From Candidatus Paracaedibacteraceae bacterium UBA6184 (GTDB lineage: Bacteria > Pseudomonadota > Alphaproteobacteria > UBA6184): a DNA stretch of 24,000 bases. The notes beneath the pieces were generated by a model. That model saw only the letters and a program-made list of their open reading frames with translations, did not search any database and was not told the origin of the DNA. Positions within the stretch are counted from its first letter, which is position 1, and each line of letters begins with the position of its first letter. This document shows, in pieces, positions 6,684 to 14,170 of the stretch. The position numbers and the translations under genes are program-made. Location of the stretch: the NCBI GenBank assembly GCA_002422845.1, contig DITM01000098.1, positions 21,465 through 45,464 on the forward strand, in the 5' to 3' direction.

Positions 6684-7097
6684 TTATTTCTTAAAAATGC
6701 GTGCTTTTGCATGGGCAGGAAATGTCACAATCGATATTTCCTTTAAGGCGACTTTGTGTATTACACGACGAACATCTCCAACGCCTCGCACCGATTTTAA
6801 TGCTGTATACCCAATGGATAACCCTGTTAAACTGCCACATTGAATCAATTTAAAGGCCTCTTGTCCTATCTGAGTTTCCATACAAAGTTCCAAAGTCACC
6901 CGCAATCCCAACTTGTCTTCGGCTGCAACCACAACTCTACCCATGGGAGTCGTTGGATAATGCTGCCACAATACAGGGATACCGATAATTTTATCTATCG
7001 AAAAAGCCCCTGGCATCATCACATCTTTTAATTGATCCGGCTCATGAAAGATACTGGCATATCCTTCGATCATCACTGTACGTACTTCATCTTGCAT
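6684..7097 (-). CDS. HK97-family prohead protease (GTA g4-like)
   Basis: 137 aa from ATG 7097, with AAGGAG 7 nt upstream. Family motifs: IEGYASIF, PVLWQHYPTTPMGRV (catalytic His region), GLSIGY (catalytic Ser region), LKEISIVTFPAHAKA. Directly downstream of the portal gene. Confidence 0.85.
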   Translation of the reverse strand: MQDEVRTVMIEGYASIFHEPDQLKDVMMPGAFSIDKIIGIPVLWQHYPTTPMGRVVVAAEDKLGLRVTLELCMETQIGQEAFKLIQCGSLTGLSIGYTALKSVRGVGDVRRVIHKVALKEISIVTFPAHAKARIFKK

Positions 7098-7107
7098 AAA
7101 AATCTCC

Positions 7108-7229
7108 TTTGCAGCATGGTGCTGCACCCATTAAATTACATCCGATTCATTCCGACACACGTTTCATAAAGCGACCTAGTCGGTAACGTCGCTATCGGAT
7201 CTAATCTATCGGATGCAACGTCGCGTTGC
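7108..7229. repeat. Repeat-family copy c5 filling the portal-protease junction: variant hairpin GCAGCAtggTGCTGC (7111-7125), left-arm-like sequence, and an inverted consensus hairpin (7211-7229)
   Basis: gcacccattaaattacatccgattcattccgacacacg aligns to gcatccattaagttaaaatccgattcgtttcgagacatg (8722-8761). tatcggatctaatcta is identical at 7193-7208 and 13183-13198. ggatGCAACGtcgCGTTGC is the reverse complement of the family hairpin. Confidence 0.75.
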
Positions 7230-8346
7230 TTGGGCTGTATCCAAGAGCTTGACGCTTTTCATTTTCACTTAAGAACGATGCATCAGATAGCTTTCGCCAT
7301 GTTGCCTCACGTCGGGGAGCCAGCGCCGCAATGGCATCCACATCATAGGAAAACCTTAGATTCTCGTCATATTGCTTTGCTACAAACTGTGTAAATGCAT
7401 GCTGAAACCGTTCCAGTAAGAGTAAAATCGTATCTTCCCACAAATGGAATCTAGCCTCCTTATAGTTGGTATATGTCGCATCTCCTGGCACGCCAACCAA
7501 CATGGGTGGCACGCCAAACGCTTGAGAAACTTCACGTGCAGCAATGTGTTTTCCCTCAGAAAAATCAAGATCCTTTGGGCTTAACCCCAATTCTTTCCAT
7601 TCAACATCACCTTCCAATACCATGATGCGTCCCGCATTACCTTGCCCGGAATACACCTGCGTAATACTATCTCGAATGGATTGTTTTTGCTCATCCGTTA
7701 ATCCCCACCCATCCTCGGTGCCTTTCCAAATAAACACTCCTGATGGACGCCCCCCATTTTGTAACAATGCCAAATTATGGGTACTAACGGCGTTATGTTG
7801 ATCAATGGCCATCGCTGCAACTTCAATGGGGCTTAATCCATACCAATCATTCAACGGGTGGACGGATTTTAACTGAAATACGCACTCTGTTGGCAATCGA
7901 CACGTCGCCCCCTCCACGGTATAATCATAAGCGGCAACCTGCCCGTTTTCCGTAATCACTCTCACCCGATCGGGTCGCAAGGTCTTCAATCGTTGTGGAA
8001 TACCCTGAGAATCCCTGTCAAGATGCACAAATGCATTGCCCGATAATAGAAACGACGTCGCCAAGCTTTCTAAAAAAGAAGCCCCGGATTCCCCAGGGCT
8101 TGGATGTTGCAATAACTGTAATAATGGATGCGTAAATAACTCCGTATCCCCCTCATACAGCAACCACGGCACCGTCGCAATCCCACGCGCAATCATTGTC
8201 ACACATCGATAGACGATCACGTTTTTCTCATACCCTTCTTTTACTAAAGGAGTATATTGCCGAGATGTCCATTGCGCTTTTAATTGACTTTGCATCGTCA
8301 TTTGAGGGCGCGCCACTGTTTTTCGTCCAGTCATCCAATTCCACAT
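7201..8346 (-). CDS. HK97-family phage portal protein (GTA g3-like)
   Basis: 381 aa from ATG 8346, with AAGGAG 6 nt upstream. The length and blocks such as NVIVYRCV..IA, LL.HPSPG, LSGNAF, GLSPIE.A, LLQNGGRPSG, GLSPKDLDF and FGVPPMLVG are typical of HK97-type portals. Confidence 0.9.
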   Translation of the reverse strand: MWNWMTGRKTVARPQMTMQSQLKAQWTSRQYTPLVKEGYEKNVIVYRCVTMIARGIATVPWLLYEGDTELFTHPLLQLLQHPSPGESGASFLESLATSFLLSGNAFVHLDRDSQGIPQRLKTLRPDRVRVITENGQVAAYDYTVEGATCRLPTECVFQLKSVHPLNDWYGLSPIEVAAMAIDQHNAVSTHNLALLQNGGRPSGVFIWKGTEDGWGLTDEQKQSIRDSITQVYSGQGNAGRIMVLEGDVEWKELGLSPKDLDFSEGKHIAAREVSQAFGVPPMLVGVPGDATYTNYKEARFHLWEDTILLLLERFQHAFTQFVAKQYDENLRFSYDVDAIAALAPRREATWRKLSDASFLSENEKRQALGYSPSNATLHPID

Positions 8347-8364
8347 GTGTTTCTCCTTAAAACT

Positions 8365-8387
8365 AAAAAAGCCCCCAAATTGGGAGC
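8365..8387 (-). terminator. Hairpin plus T-run immediately upstream of the portal RBS
   Basis: Minus strand reads GCTCCC-AATTT-GGGGGC (one G-U pair) followed by TTTTTT. Confidence 0.55.
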
Positions 8388-8420
8388 ACGACATAAGAAC
8401 TCAGCACGATTATTACCCAT

Positions 8421-8443
8421 AAAAAAAGCTCCCTTTCGGGAGC
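8421..8443 (-). terminator. Rho-independent terminator downstream of the small ORF 8516..8644
   Basis: Minus strand reads GCTCCC-GAAA-GGGAGC followed by TTTTTTT. Confidence 0.75.
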
Positions 8444-8515
8444 CGGAGGAGATAGTAATATGCATATTATATTTAATATATTACTGACTCATTTTAATAA
8501 GTCAATCTATTTTTT

Positions 8516-8644
8516 TTAATATTTTTCATTTTTTTCACAACTTGGTTGAAAAAGGCTTAAATCATGCGGTTTATAGATCGCAGACGTTAATAGTACGATA
8601 GTTCCAATCATCATTCCAACGATACATGTAAATAAAGGGTTCAT
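8516..8644 (-). CDS. Possible small single-pass membrane protein (42 aa)
   Basis: MNPLFTCIVGMMIGTIVLLTSAIYKPH..., with GGAG 6 nt upstream of ATG 8644 and a terminator downstream. The upstream part of the track ORF runs into the repeat. Too short to be confident. Confidence 0.3.
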   Translation of the reverse strand: MNPLFTCIVGMMIGTIVLLTSAIYKPHDLSLFQPSCEKNEKY

Positions 8645-8708
8645 TCTAATCTCCATCATATAGATGGTATATAGGGATAAAATTCCAAAGGTCAAGCAGC
8701 ATGACGCT

Positions 8709-8947
8709 GGCAACGTGACGTTGCATCCATTAAGTTAAAATCCGATTCGTTTCGAGACATGTAAGTTAAAATCCGATTCGTTTCGAGACATGTTCTTAAA
8801 AGCAAGCAGACAAGATCTAAATAGGCACGCTCCCTTTGGTCGCATGACAATGTTCAACCCGCCCACCCGGCAGACCGTCGCAAGGGCTCCTACGTCTGCC
8901 GATCCCTTTAAGTGCAGGTTCACCTCTGACAACATGCCGTTGCATCC
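8709..8947. repeat. Full copy c3 (239 bp) of the hairpin-bounded repeat element
   Basis: Bounded by GGCAACGtgaCGTTGCATCC (8709-8728) and gaCAACAtgcCGTTGCATCC (8928-8947) in direct orientation. Internal hairpin GGCAGAC-N18-GTCTGCC (8869-8900). About 90% identical by eye to 12940-13141 over the shared core. Confidence 0.9.
8731..8792. repeat. Perfect 31-bp tandem duplication inside copy c3
   Basis: taagttaaaatccgattcgtttcgagacatg occurs twice back to back (8731-8761 and 8762-8792). Copy c4 has one diverged unit. Confidence 0.95.
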
Positions 8948-9098
8948 GCCCCACCCATCCGACACATGTTATAAAAGCCCACTTCCGCATCTCTGGGCGG
9001 CTCATGCAATCATATTAATGTCTATAACGTATATAACTTGAAAATTAAACCGTTTTCAGATAATTTATTGTCATTCAACGAAGACATAAGGACTTACC

Positions 9099-9419
9099 AT
9101 GAATATTGCTGGAATGATGAAAAAAGCTCAAGAAATGCAAAAGAAAATGCAAGAGATGCAAGACAATCTTGCCAACATTATCGAAGAAGGCTCTGCGGGT
9201 GCGGGCATGGTCTCAGTGACGATGAATGGCAAAACCGACGTCAAAAAAATAACAATTGCTGAAGAATTGTTAAACCCAAATGACAAAGAAATGTTAGAAG
9301 ACCTTTTGATTGCTGCATTAAGTGATGCAAAACGTAAAATTGATGCTCGGGCAGGATCCGAAATGGAAAAAGTAACTGGCGGTCTAGGCTTGCCCGGCGG
9401 CATGAAATTACCATTCTAA
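9099..9419 (+). CDS. ybaB: YbaB/EbfC family nucleoid-associated protein
   Basis: 106 aa. MNIAGMMKKAQEMQKKMQEMQ... and ...GLGLPGGMKLPF are characteristic of the family. Located immediately upstream of recR. Confidence 0.92.
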   Translation: MNIAGMMKKAQEMQKKMQEMQDNLANIIEEGSAGAGMVSVTMNGKTDVKKITIAEELLNPNDKEMLEDLLIAALSDAKRKIDARAGSEMEKVTGGLGLPGGMKLPF

Positions 9420-9434
9420 TATAGAGGATACAAC

Positions 9435-10040
9435 ATGGTTGGCGCAGATATCGAAGGGTTGATTAAATTTTTTTCAAAAATGCCGGGGTTAGGGCCACGC
9501 TCTGCCCGACGTTTTGTGCTATATCTTTTAAAGCACAAGCACCAAAAACTACTTCCCTTAATCGATCTGCTGGCGCATACGGCAGAACATGTGTCGGAAT
9601 GCACCGAATGCGGTAATTTGGATACTGAAAATCCGTGTACGATTTGCAGCAACCCTCGACGGAACAAAGCCCACCTCTGCGTCGTTGAACACGTTGCTGA
9701 CTTGTGGGCACTTGAACGTTCAGGCGCCTTCCATGGAATTTACCACGTCTTGGGGGGAACCCTATCCGCCCTTGATGGGATAGGCCCCGACGAACTCCGC
9801 ATTCCCCACTTAAAACAACGCATTCAATCGAATCAAACACTGGAACTTACCTTAGCGTTGAATGTAACGTTAGAAGGTCAAACAACCAACCATTATTTGG
9901 CGGCTGAACTTGCAAGCCCAGGTCTAAAAATAACCTCAATCGCTCACGGCGTCCCCTTGGGGGGAGAGTTAGACTATTTAGACTCTGGCACTCTGATTAC
10001 AGCACTATCAGCACGCAGAACCTTGGAAACAGAAAGCTAA
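9435..10040 (+). CDS. recR: Recombination protein RecR
   Basis: 201 aa. HhH region MPGLGPRSARR, zinc finger CTECGNL..CTIC, and a Toprim-like LCVVEHVADLWALE. Confidence 0.95.
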   Translation: MVGADIEGLIKFFSKMPGLGPRSARRFVLYLLKHKHQKLLPLIDLLAHTAEHVSECTECGNLDTENPCTICSNPRRNKAHLCVVEHVADLWALERSGAFHGIYHVLGGTLSALDGIGPDELRIPHLKQRIQSNQTLELTLALNVTLEGQTTNHYLAAELASPGLKITSIAHGVPLGGELDYLDSGTLITALSARRTLETES

Positions 10041-10043
10041 CCT

Positions 10044-10826
10044 ATGTATATTGATACCCATTGCCACCTTGATTATCTGCAAAAAAACAACGATTTAAAG
10101 GATATCGTCCAATCTGCATGGGATGCCAATGTTCACTTACTGCATACCATTTCAACACGGCTAGATGAAAGTGCGATGATCAAAGGCATTGCCGATCAAT
10201 TCGATCATGTGTACTGCTCTATTGGTGTTCACCCCAATGAATCATCCGAAGTTACACACTTATCGCAATCCCAAATCACGGACGCCTTACTGGCTGAAAT
10301 CACAGATAAAGTGATTAGTTTGGGTGAAACAGGATTGGATTATTATTATGAACACAGCGATAGAACCACTCAACACAAAAGCTTTTTGGCTCATATCGAT
10401 GCCGCCAGGCACGCAGGCCTTCCCTTGGTGATTCACTCACGCGATGCTGATAACGATATGGTGAAATACCTACAGTCCAGCTCCGCCCAAGAAGTAACAG
10501 GTATCATACATTGCTTTACTGGCAGCCCTGAAATGGCTAAAGCCTGTTTGGATTTAGGATACTATATTTCAATTTCAGGAATCGTGACGTTCAAAACGGC
10601 AACTCAACTTCAAGATATTGTTCGATGGCTACCTCTCGATCGCATCTTGATTGAAACCGACTCCCCCTATCTTGCTCCAATGCCGTACCGTGGAAAACCC
10701 AACCAACCTGCTTATGTTGTTCATGTTGCAGAAAAAGTCGCAGAACTCAAAGACCTTCCATTCAAAGACATCGTTGCTCAAACGACTCAAAATTTTATGA
10801 ATGTGTGTCCAAAAGTACTTAAATAG
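10044..10826 (+). CDS. tatD: TatD family metal-dependent hydrolase/DNase
   Basis: 260 aa. Starts YIDTHCHLD; contains GETGLDYYY and IHSRDA motifs. Confidence 0.9.
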   Translation: MYIDTHCHLDYLQKNNDLKDIVQSAWDANVHLLHTISTRLDESAMIKGIADQFDHVYCSIGVHPNESSEVTHLSQSQITDALLAEITDKVISLGETGLDYYYEHSDRTTQHKSFLAHIDAARHAGLPLVIHSRDADNDMVKYLQSSSAQEVTGIIHCFTGSPEMAKACLDLGYYISISGIVTFKTATQLQDIVRWLPLDRILIETDSPYLAPMPYRGKPNQPAYVVHVAEKVAELKDLPFKDIVAQTTQNFMNVCPKVLK

Positions 10827-10827
10827 A

Positions 10828-10915
10828 CTCCTTCGCTGCGCTGCGGAGACTCTTCATTTCCCACCCAATCGAGATGAAGCCCCTTCGGGGCTTCCCTACG
10901 ATTTCCCACCCTAGA
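10828..10915. repeat. Short structured intergenic element (hairpin GAAGCCCC-TTCG-GGGCTTC; tttcccaccc present twice; ccttcgct start as in the fmt-flanking repeats)
   Basis: Read directly from the sequence. Shares the ccttcgct and CCCACCC pieces with the other repeat families. Lies between the convergent tatD and prfH. Confidence 0.6.
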
Positions 10916-10925
10916 AATAGATCGT

Positions 10926-11573
10926 TTATCGAATCTTTTCCTTAAAGTCTTTACCAACAAACACACGCATCGAATTTCCACGCTCTAATTCATAATGTTT
11001 GTTACGTTTCTCATGGTTTTTTTCAGATCGTGCAGCTGCAGACCGTTCATCAAACGCGGCAACTAACCGAGCAAGTGCTAATTTTTTATTCATATGTTGC
11101 GATCGCTCCTCTTGAGCAAATGCGGTAAGCCCCGTTGGACTATGAATCACGCGAACTGCACTGTCTGTTGTATTGACATGCTGACCTCCTGCTCCGGAAG
11201 CTCGCATCGTTTCAAATCTTAAGTCTGATATGTTAATGTCCTTATGAAATTCCAATGCCTCCAATACATTAACACCGACAAACCAATTTTTACGCTTGTG
11301 CGTTGGACGATACGGACTTTCACAGACCCACTGAACCGTTCCCTGCCATTGTTTCAAAAATAAAGGCAAACCAATCCCGTTGATACTTAACATTACAGAT
11401 TGATAGATCCCATCTTTTTCACCGGGCACCTTTTCTAAAACCTCAACTGTCAGATTCTGCTGAATTGCTTCTTTCAGAAGACACTCTAATACATGATTAA
11501 CGGCCAATTCGCATTCAGCAGATCCATGACCTGATGTAATTTGAACCCATCTCAATGTGTTATCTTGGCTCAT
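10926..11573 (-). CDS. prfH: Peptide chain release factor H (PrfH)
   Basis: 215 aa. Class-I RF GGQ domain (RASGAGGQHVNTTDSAVRVIHSPTG) but much shorter than RF1/RF2. The start overlaps the rtcB stop (ATGA), which is the canonical rtcB-prfH pairing. Confidence 0.85.
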   Translation of the reverse strand: MSQDNTLRWVQITSGHGSAECELAVNHVLECLLKEAIQQNLTVEVLEKVPGEKDGIYQSVMLSINGIGLPLFLKQWQGTVQWVCESPYRPTHKRKNWFVGVNVLEALEFHKDINISDLRFETMRASGAGGQHVNTTDSAVRVIHSPTGLTAFAQEERSQHMNKKLALARLVAAFDERSAAARSEKNHEKRNKHYELERGNSMRVFVGKDFKEKIR

Positions 11574-12697
11574 TTTCCCCTCCTCGTTTTATACGTAATC
11601 ACAGGTCTAAGAATCGCAATCACCTTAATGATCCCAACGGTTACAAGATCACCTATCACAGAATCAATTTTCTTATAAGCCTGGGGAGCCTCTTCAAATA
11701 TCAAATCTTTATCTTCACATATAACGCGACTTCCAAGATCAGTATGGGTAAAATCATCCATTCGAAATTTCGATAACTTAGACTTTGCATCCGTACGTTT
11801 CCACTTCCGTCCTGCTCCATGCGCCAATGAATACGCGTTTTCAACCTGAGATCCCGTTGGCATTACAAGGTAACTAAAACTTCCTCTAGATCCTGGAATC
11901 ACGACAAGCCCCTGATCAGCAGGCGTTGCACCTTTACGGTGCAGCCAATAGGATTCATTGTCTTCGCTGTACGGTTCAACGGTATTGTGAAAGACATCCA
12001 AAACCTGCGATCCCTCACCTTTTAAACAGCTTAGAAATCGATGTGCAATCAAGGCTCGGTTGGCACCTGCCCATTTCACTGCCATATTATGTTGCGTTAA
12101 ATAATCAATGGCTTCGGGTGAATTTTCCAACACTCCAGCGTGAGCATCCCTATGGTTTCGTAAAATGAATTCTCCCAAACCTCTAGACCCCGAATGCACT
12201 AATACATAAAAATGTTTTGTTGATAGATCTAAAGCTTCAAACACATCCTCATCCAGTACCGATTCAATTTTTTGCAATTCTGCAAAATGATTCCCTCCGC
12301 CAATCGTTCCCAGCGAATGATCAAACAAAGTTGATTCCAACTGATGACGTGACAACCATTCGGAAGTATCCCCTTCCCATGACTCATCCAAATTATCCAA
12401 TTTAGATACCCATGTATCCAATTTTAATTTATGAACGGGTAAATCTGTTTTCCACAGCCCCATTCCGCAACCAATATCATTCCCCACTAAGTGAGGATAT
12501 ATCCATGATTTAGACATAAAAGCTGCCCCAATCGGCGTCCCTCTACCGGGATGCAAATCGGGTAAGCCAACGACTTTTTTCATTCCTTTTAATGCAGCAG
12601 TTGTTTTAAGTTGTTGAATCGCTTCGTCTTCAATCCAAGTTTTTTCAGACGCAATGACAGTTACTGTTGCCCCTGACGTTTGTGTATAAGTGCACAT
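11570..12697 (-). CDS. rtcB: RtcB family RNA 3'-phosphate ligase (PrfH-associated RtcB2-type)
   Basis: 375 aa. Motifs NDIGCGMG, GGGNHFAE, HSGSRGLG, FHNTVE and AHGAGR (ligase His). Confidence 0.9.
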   Translation of the reverse strand: MCTYTQTSGATVTVIASEKTWIEDEAIQQLKTTAALKGMKKVVGLPDLHPGRGTPIGAAFMSKSWIYPHLVGNDIGCGMGLWKTDLPVHKLKLDTWVSKLDNLDESWEGDTSEWLSRHQLESTLFDHSLGTIGGGNHFAELQKIESVLDEDVFEALDLSTKHFYVLVHSGSRGLGEFILRNHRDAHAGVLENSPEAIDYLTQHNMAVKWAGANRALIAHRFLSCLKGEGSQVLDVFHNTVEPYSEDNESYWLHRKGATPADQGLVVIPGSRGSFSYLVMPTGSQVENAYSLAHGAGRKWKRTDAKSKLSKFRMDDFTHTDLGSRVICEDKDLIFEEAPQAYKKIDSVIGDLVTVGIIKVIAILRPVITYKTRRGK

Positions 12698-12939
12698 AAT
12701 GTTCTCTATAATTTATTGCAGAAAAATTGTGCTTAATTAATAAGCTATATAAATAGCGATGTGATTTAAGGTCTACGCGGGATTGAATTCTAAGCGATTG
12801 AGTGTCAAATGAAACTAACGTGGCATCAACAAAAAATTACAGTCCCACATATCCTTTGGGAAGTGATTTAAGGTGTTGCATGATAGACCTCATTTTTGTA
12901 TTGATTATGCATACTATCACACATACTATAATTTGTCAA

Positions 12940-13141
12940 GCAACGTGCCGTTGCATCCATTAAGTTGCATCCGATCAGTCCTGACACATGTTCATAAAAA
13001 GCAAGCAGATAAGATCTAAATAGGCACGCTCCCTTTGGTCGCATGACACTGTTCAACCCACCCACCCGGCAGACCGTCGCAAGGGCTCCTAAGTCTGCCG
13101 ATCCCTTTAAAGCGCAGGTTCGGCAACGTGCCGTTGCATCC
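12940..13141. repeat. Full copy c4 (202 bp) of the hairpin-bounded repeat element
   Basis: Bounded by GCAACGtgcCGTTGCATCC (12940-12958) and GGCAACGtgcCGTTGCATCC (13122-13141). Internal hairpin GGCAGAC-N18-GTCTGCC (13068-13099). Confidence 0.9.
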
Positions 13142-13296
13142 ACCTACTTCACTCTGTTCTTAATAACGCGTCTCACATCATATCGGATCTAATCTAACCT
13201 AACGGGTCCAGGGATCATCCCTGGTCAAAAATATTCTACCAAACTCTTTTGAAAATAGTGTAAATTAAGCTTGATTGCAGTGATAAAGGAAATGGG

Positions 13297-14082
13297 ATGA
13301 GCTTTAAAGTTACAATTTTAGGATGCGGAGCCTCTGCAGGCGTTCCTGTCATTGGAAACCTTTGGGGGAATTGCGACCCTAAAAACCCAAAGAATCGCCG
13401 CACTCGATCCTCTATTTTTATTGAATATGACGCAACCAGATTGTTGGTGGATACCAGCCCGGATATGCGGCAACAACTGCTCGACAACGACATTTCAAAT
13501 TTTGATGCTATTTTCTATACCCATGAACATGCTGACCATACCCATGGCATCGATGATTTACGACTCATTTATTATCTTAATAATCAAAAATCAATTCCTG
13601 TGTATACCGACGAACGCTGTATGAACGAACTTCAACAACGGTTCCCTTATTTATTTGGGATTGGACAGAATGCTGCCACCCCAAAGGATTTTAATGCATT
13701 TCTTGAACCGCACCTTATTGACCTATCGCCACTCACCATTGGGGATATTCAGTTAAAGCCGTTCTTGCAAGATCATGGAACTATTACTACTTTAGGATTC
13801 AGGATTGATGATTTTGCCTATTCAACGGATGCCGTAAATCTGGATGATATTGCGTTCAAAGCATTAGAAGGCGTTGACATATGGGTGGTCGATTGCCTAC
13901 GCATGACCCCATCAAATGTTCATGCTCATTTAGATAAAACCCTAGAATGGATTGATCGCGTAAAACCAAGGCAAGCGTATTTTACTCAAATGAGTAAAGA
14001 TCTCGATTACGATACACTCTGTAAACAACTTCCCGATCACATTCGCCCAGCTTATGATGGTCTGGTAATTAACATTCGTTAA
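13297..14082 (+). CDS. MBL-fold metallo-hydrolase (PhnP-like)
   Basis: 261 aa. HxHxDH motif (YTHEHADHTHGIDDL). Glycine-rich N-terminus ILGCGASAGVP. Confidence 0.85.
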   Translation: MSFKVTILGCGASAGVPVIGNLWGNCDPKNPKNRRTRSSIFIEYDATRLLVDTSPDMRQQLLDNDISNFDAIFYTHEHADHTHGIDDLRLIYYLNNQKSIPVYTDERCMNELQQRFPYLFGIGQNAATPKDFNAFLEPHLIDLSPLTIGDIQLKPFLQDHGTITTLGFRIDDFAYSTDAVNLDDIAFKALEGVDIWVVDCLRMTPSNVHAHLDKTLEWIDRVKPRQAYFTQMSKDLDYDTLCKQLPDHIRPAYDGLVINIR

Positions 14083-14170
14083 ATTCACTGATAAGACTTG
14101 ATTTATCCCGCTTAAAAAGAAATAATCAACAAAATGGTATTAAGTCATCAAAAAAATAAGGATAGATAAA

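Noticed and set aside
8709-8947. CRISPR array or tRNA/tmRNA/SRP RNA in the repeat-rich intergenic regions (8395-9098, 12698-13296, 21070-21212)
   Set aside because: There are no regularly spaced repeat-spacer units; the only tandem repeat has two 31-bp units with no spacers. I could find no cloverleaf-compatible arms or conserved SRP/tmRNA motifs by eye. A tRNAscan or Infernal run would be the proper test.
8735-9041. Track ORFs 8735..8965(-), 8817..9005(-) and 8790..9041(+), and likewise 12868..13143(-), whose products share GSAD.GALATVCRVGGLN.VMRPKGACLFRS
   Set aside because: The similarity arises because both ORFs lie over copies of the same non-coding repeat. They have no RBS, overlap in several frames, and the ORF ends track the repeat ends.
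12761-12874. 12-nt direct repeat gtgatttaaggt at 12761-12772 and 12863-12874 in the rtcB upstream region, considered as a possible operator pair
   Set aside because: A single exact 12-mer pair is within chance expectation for a 24-kb AT-rich window. It has no palindromic character and no third copy, so it is noted only as a weak lead.
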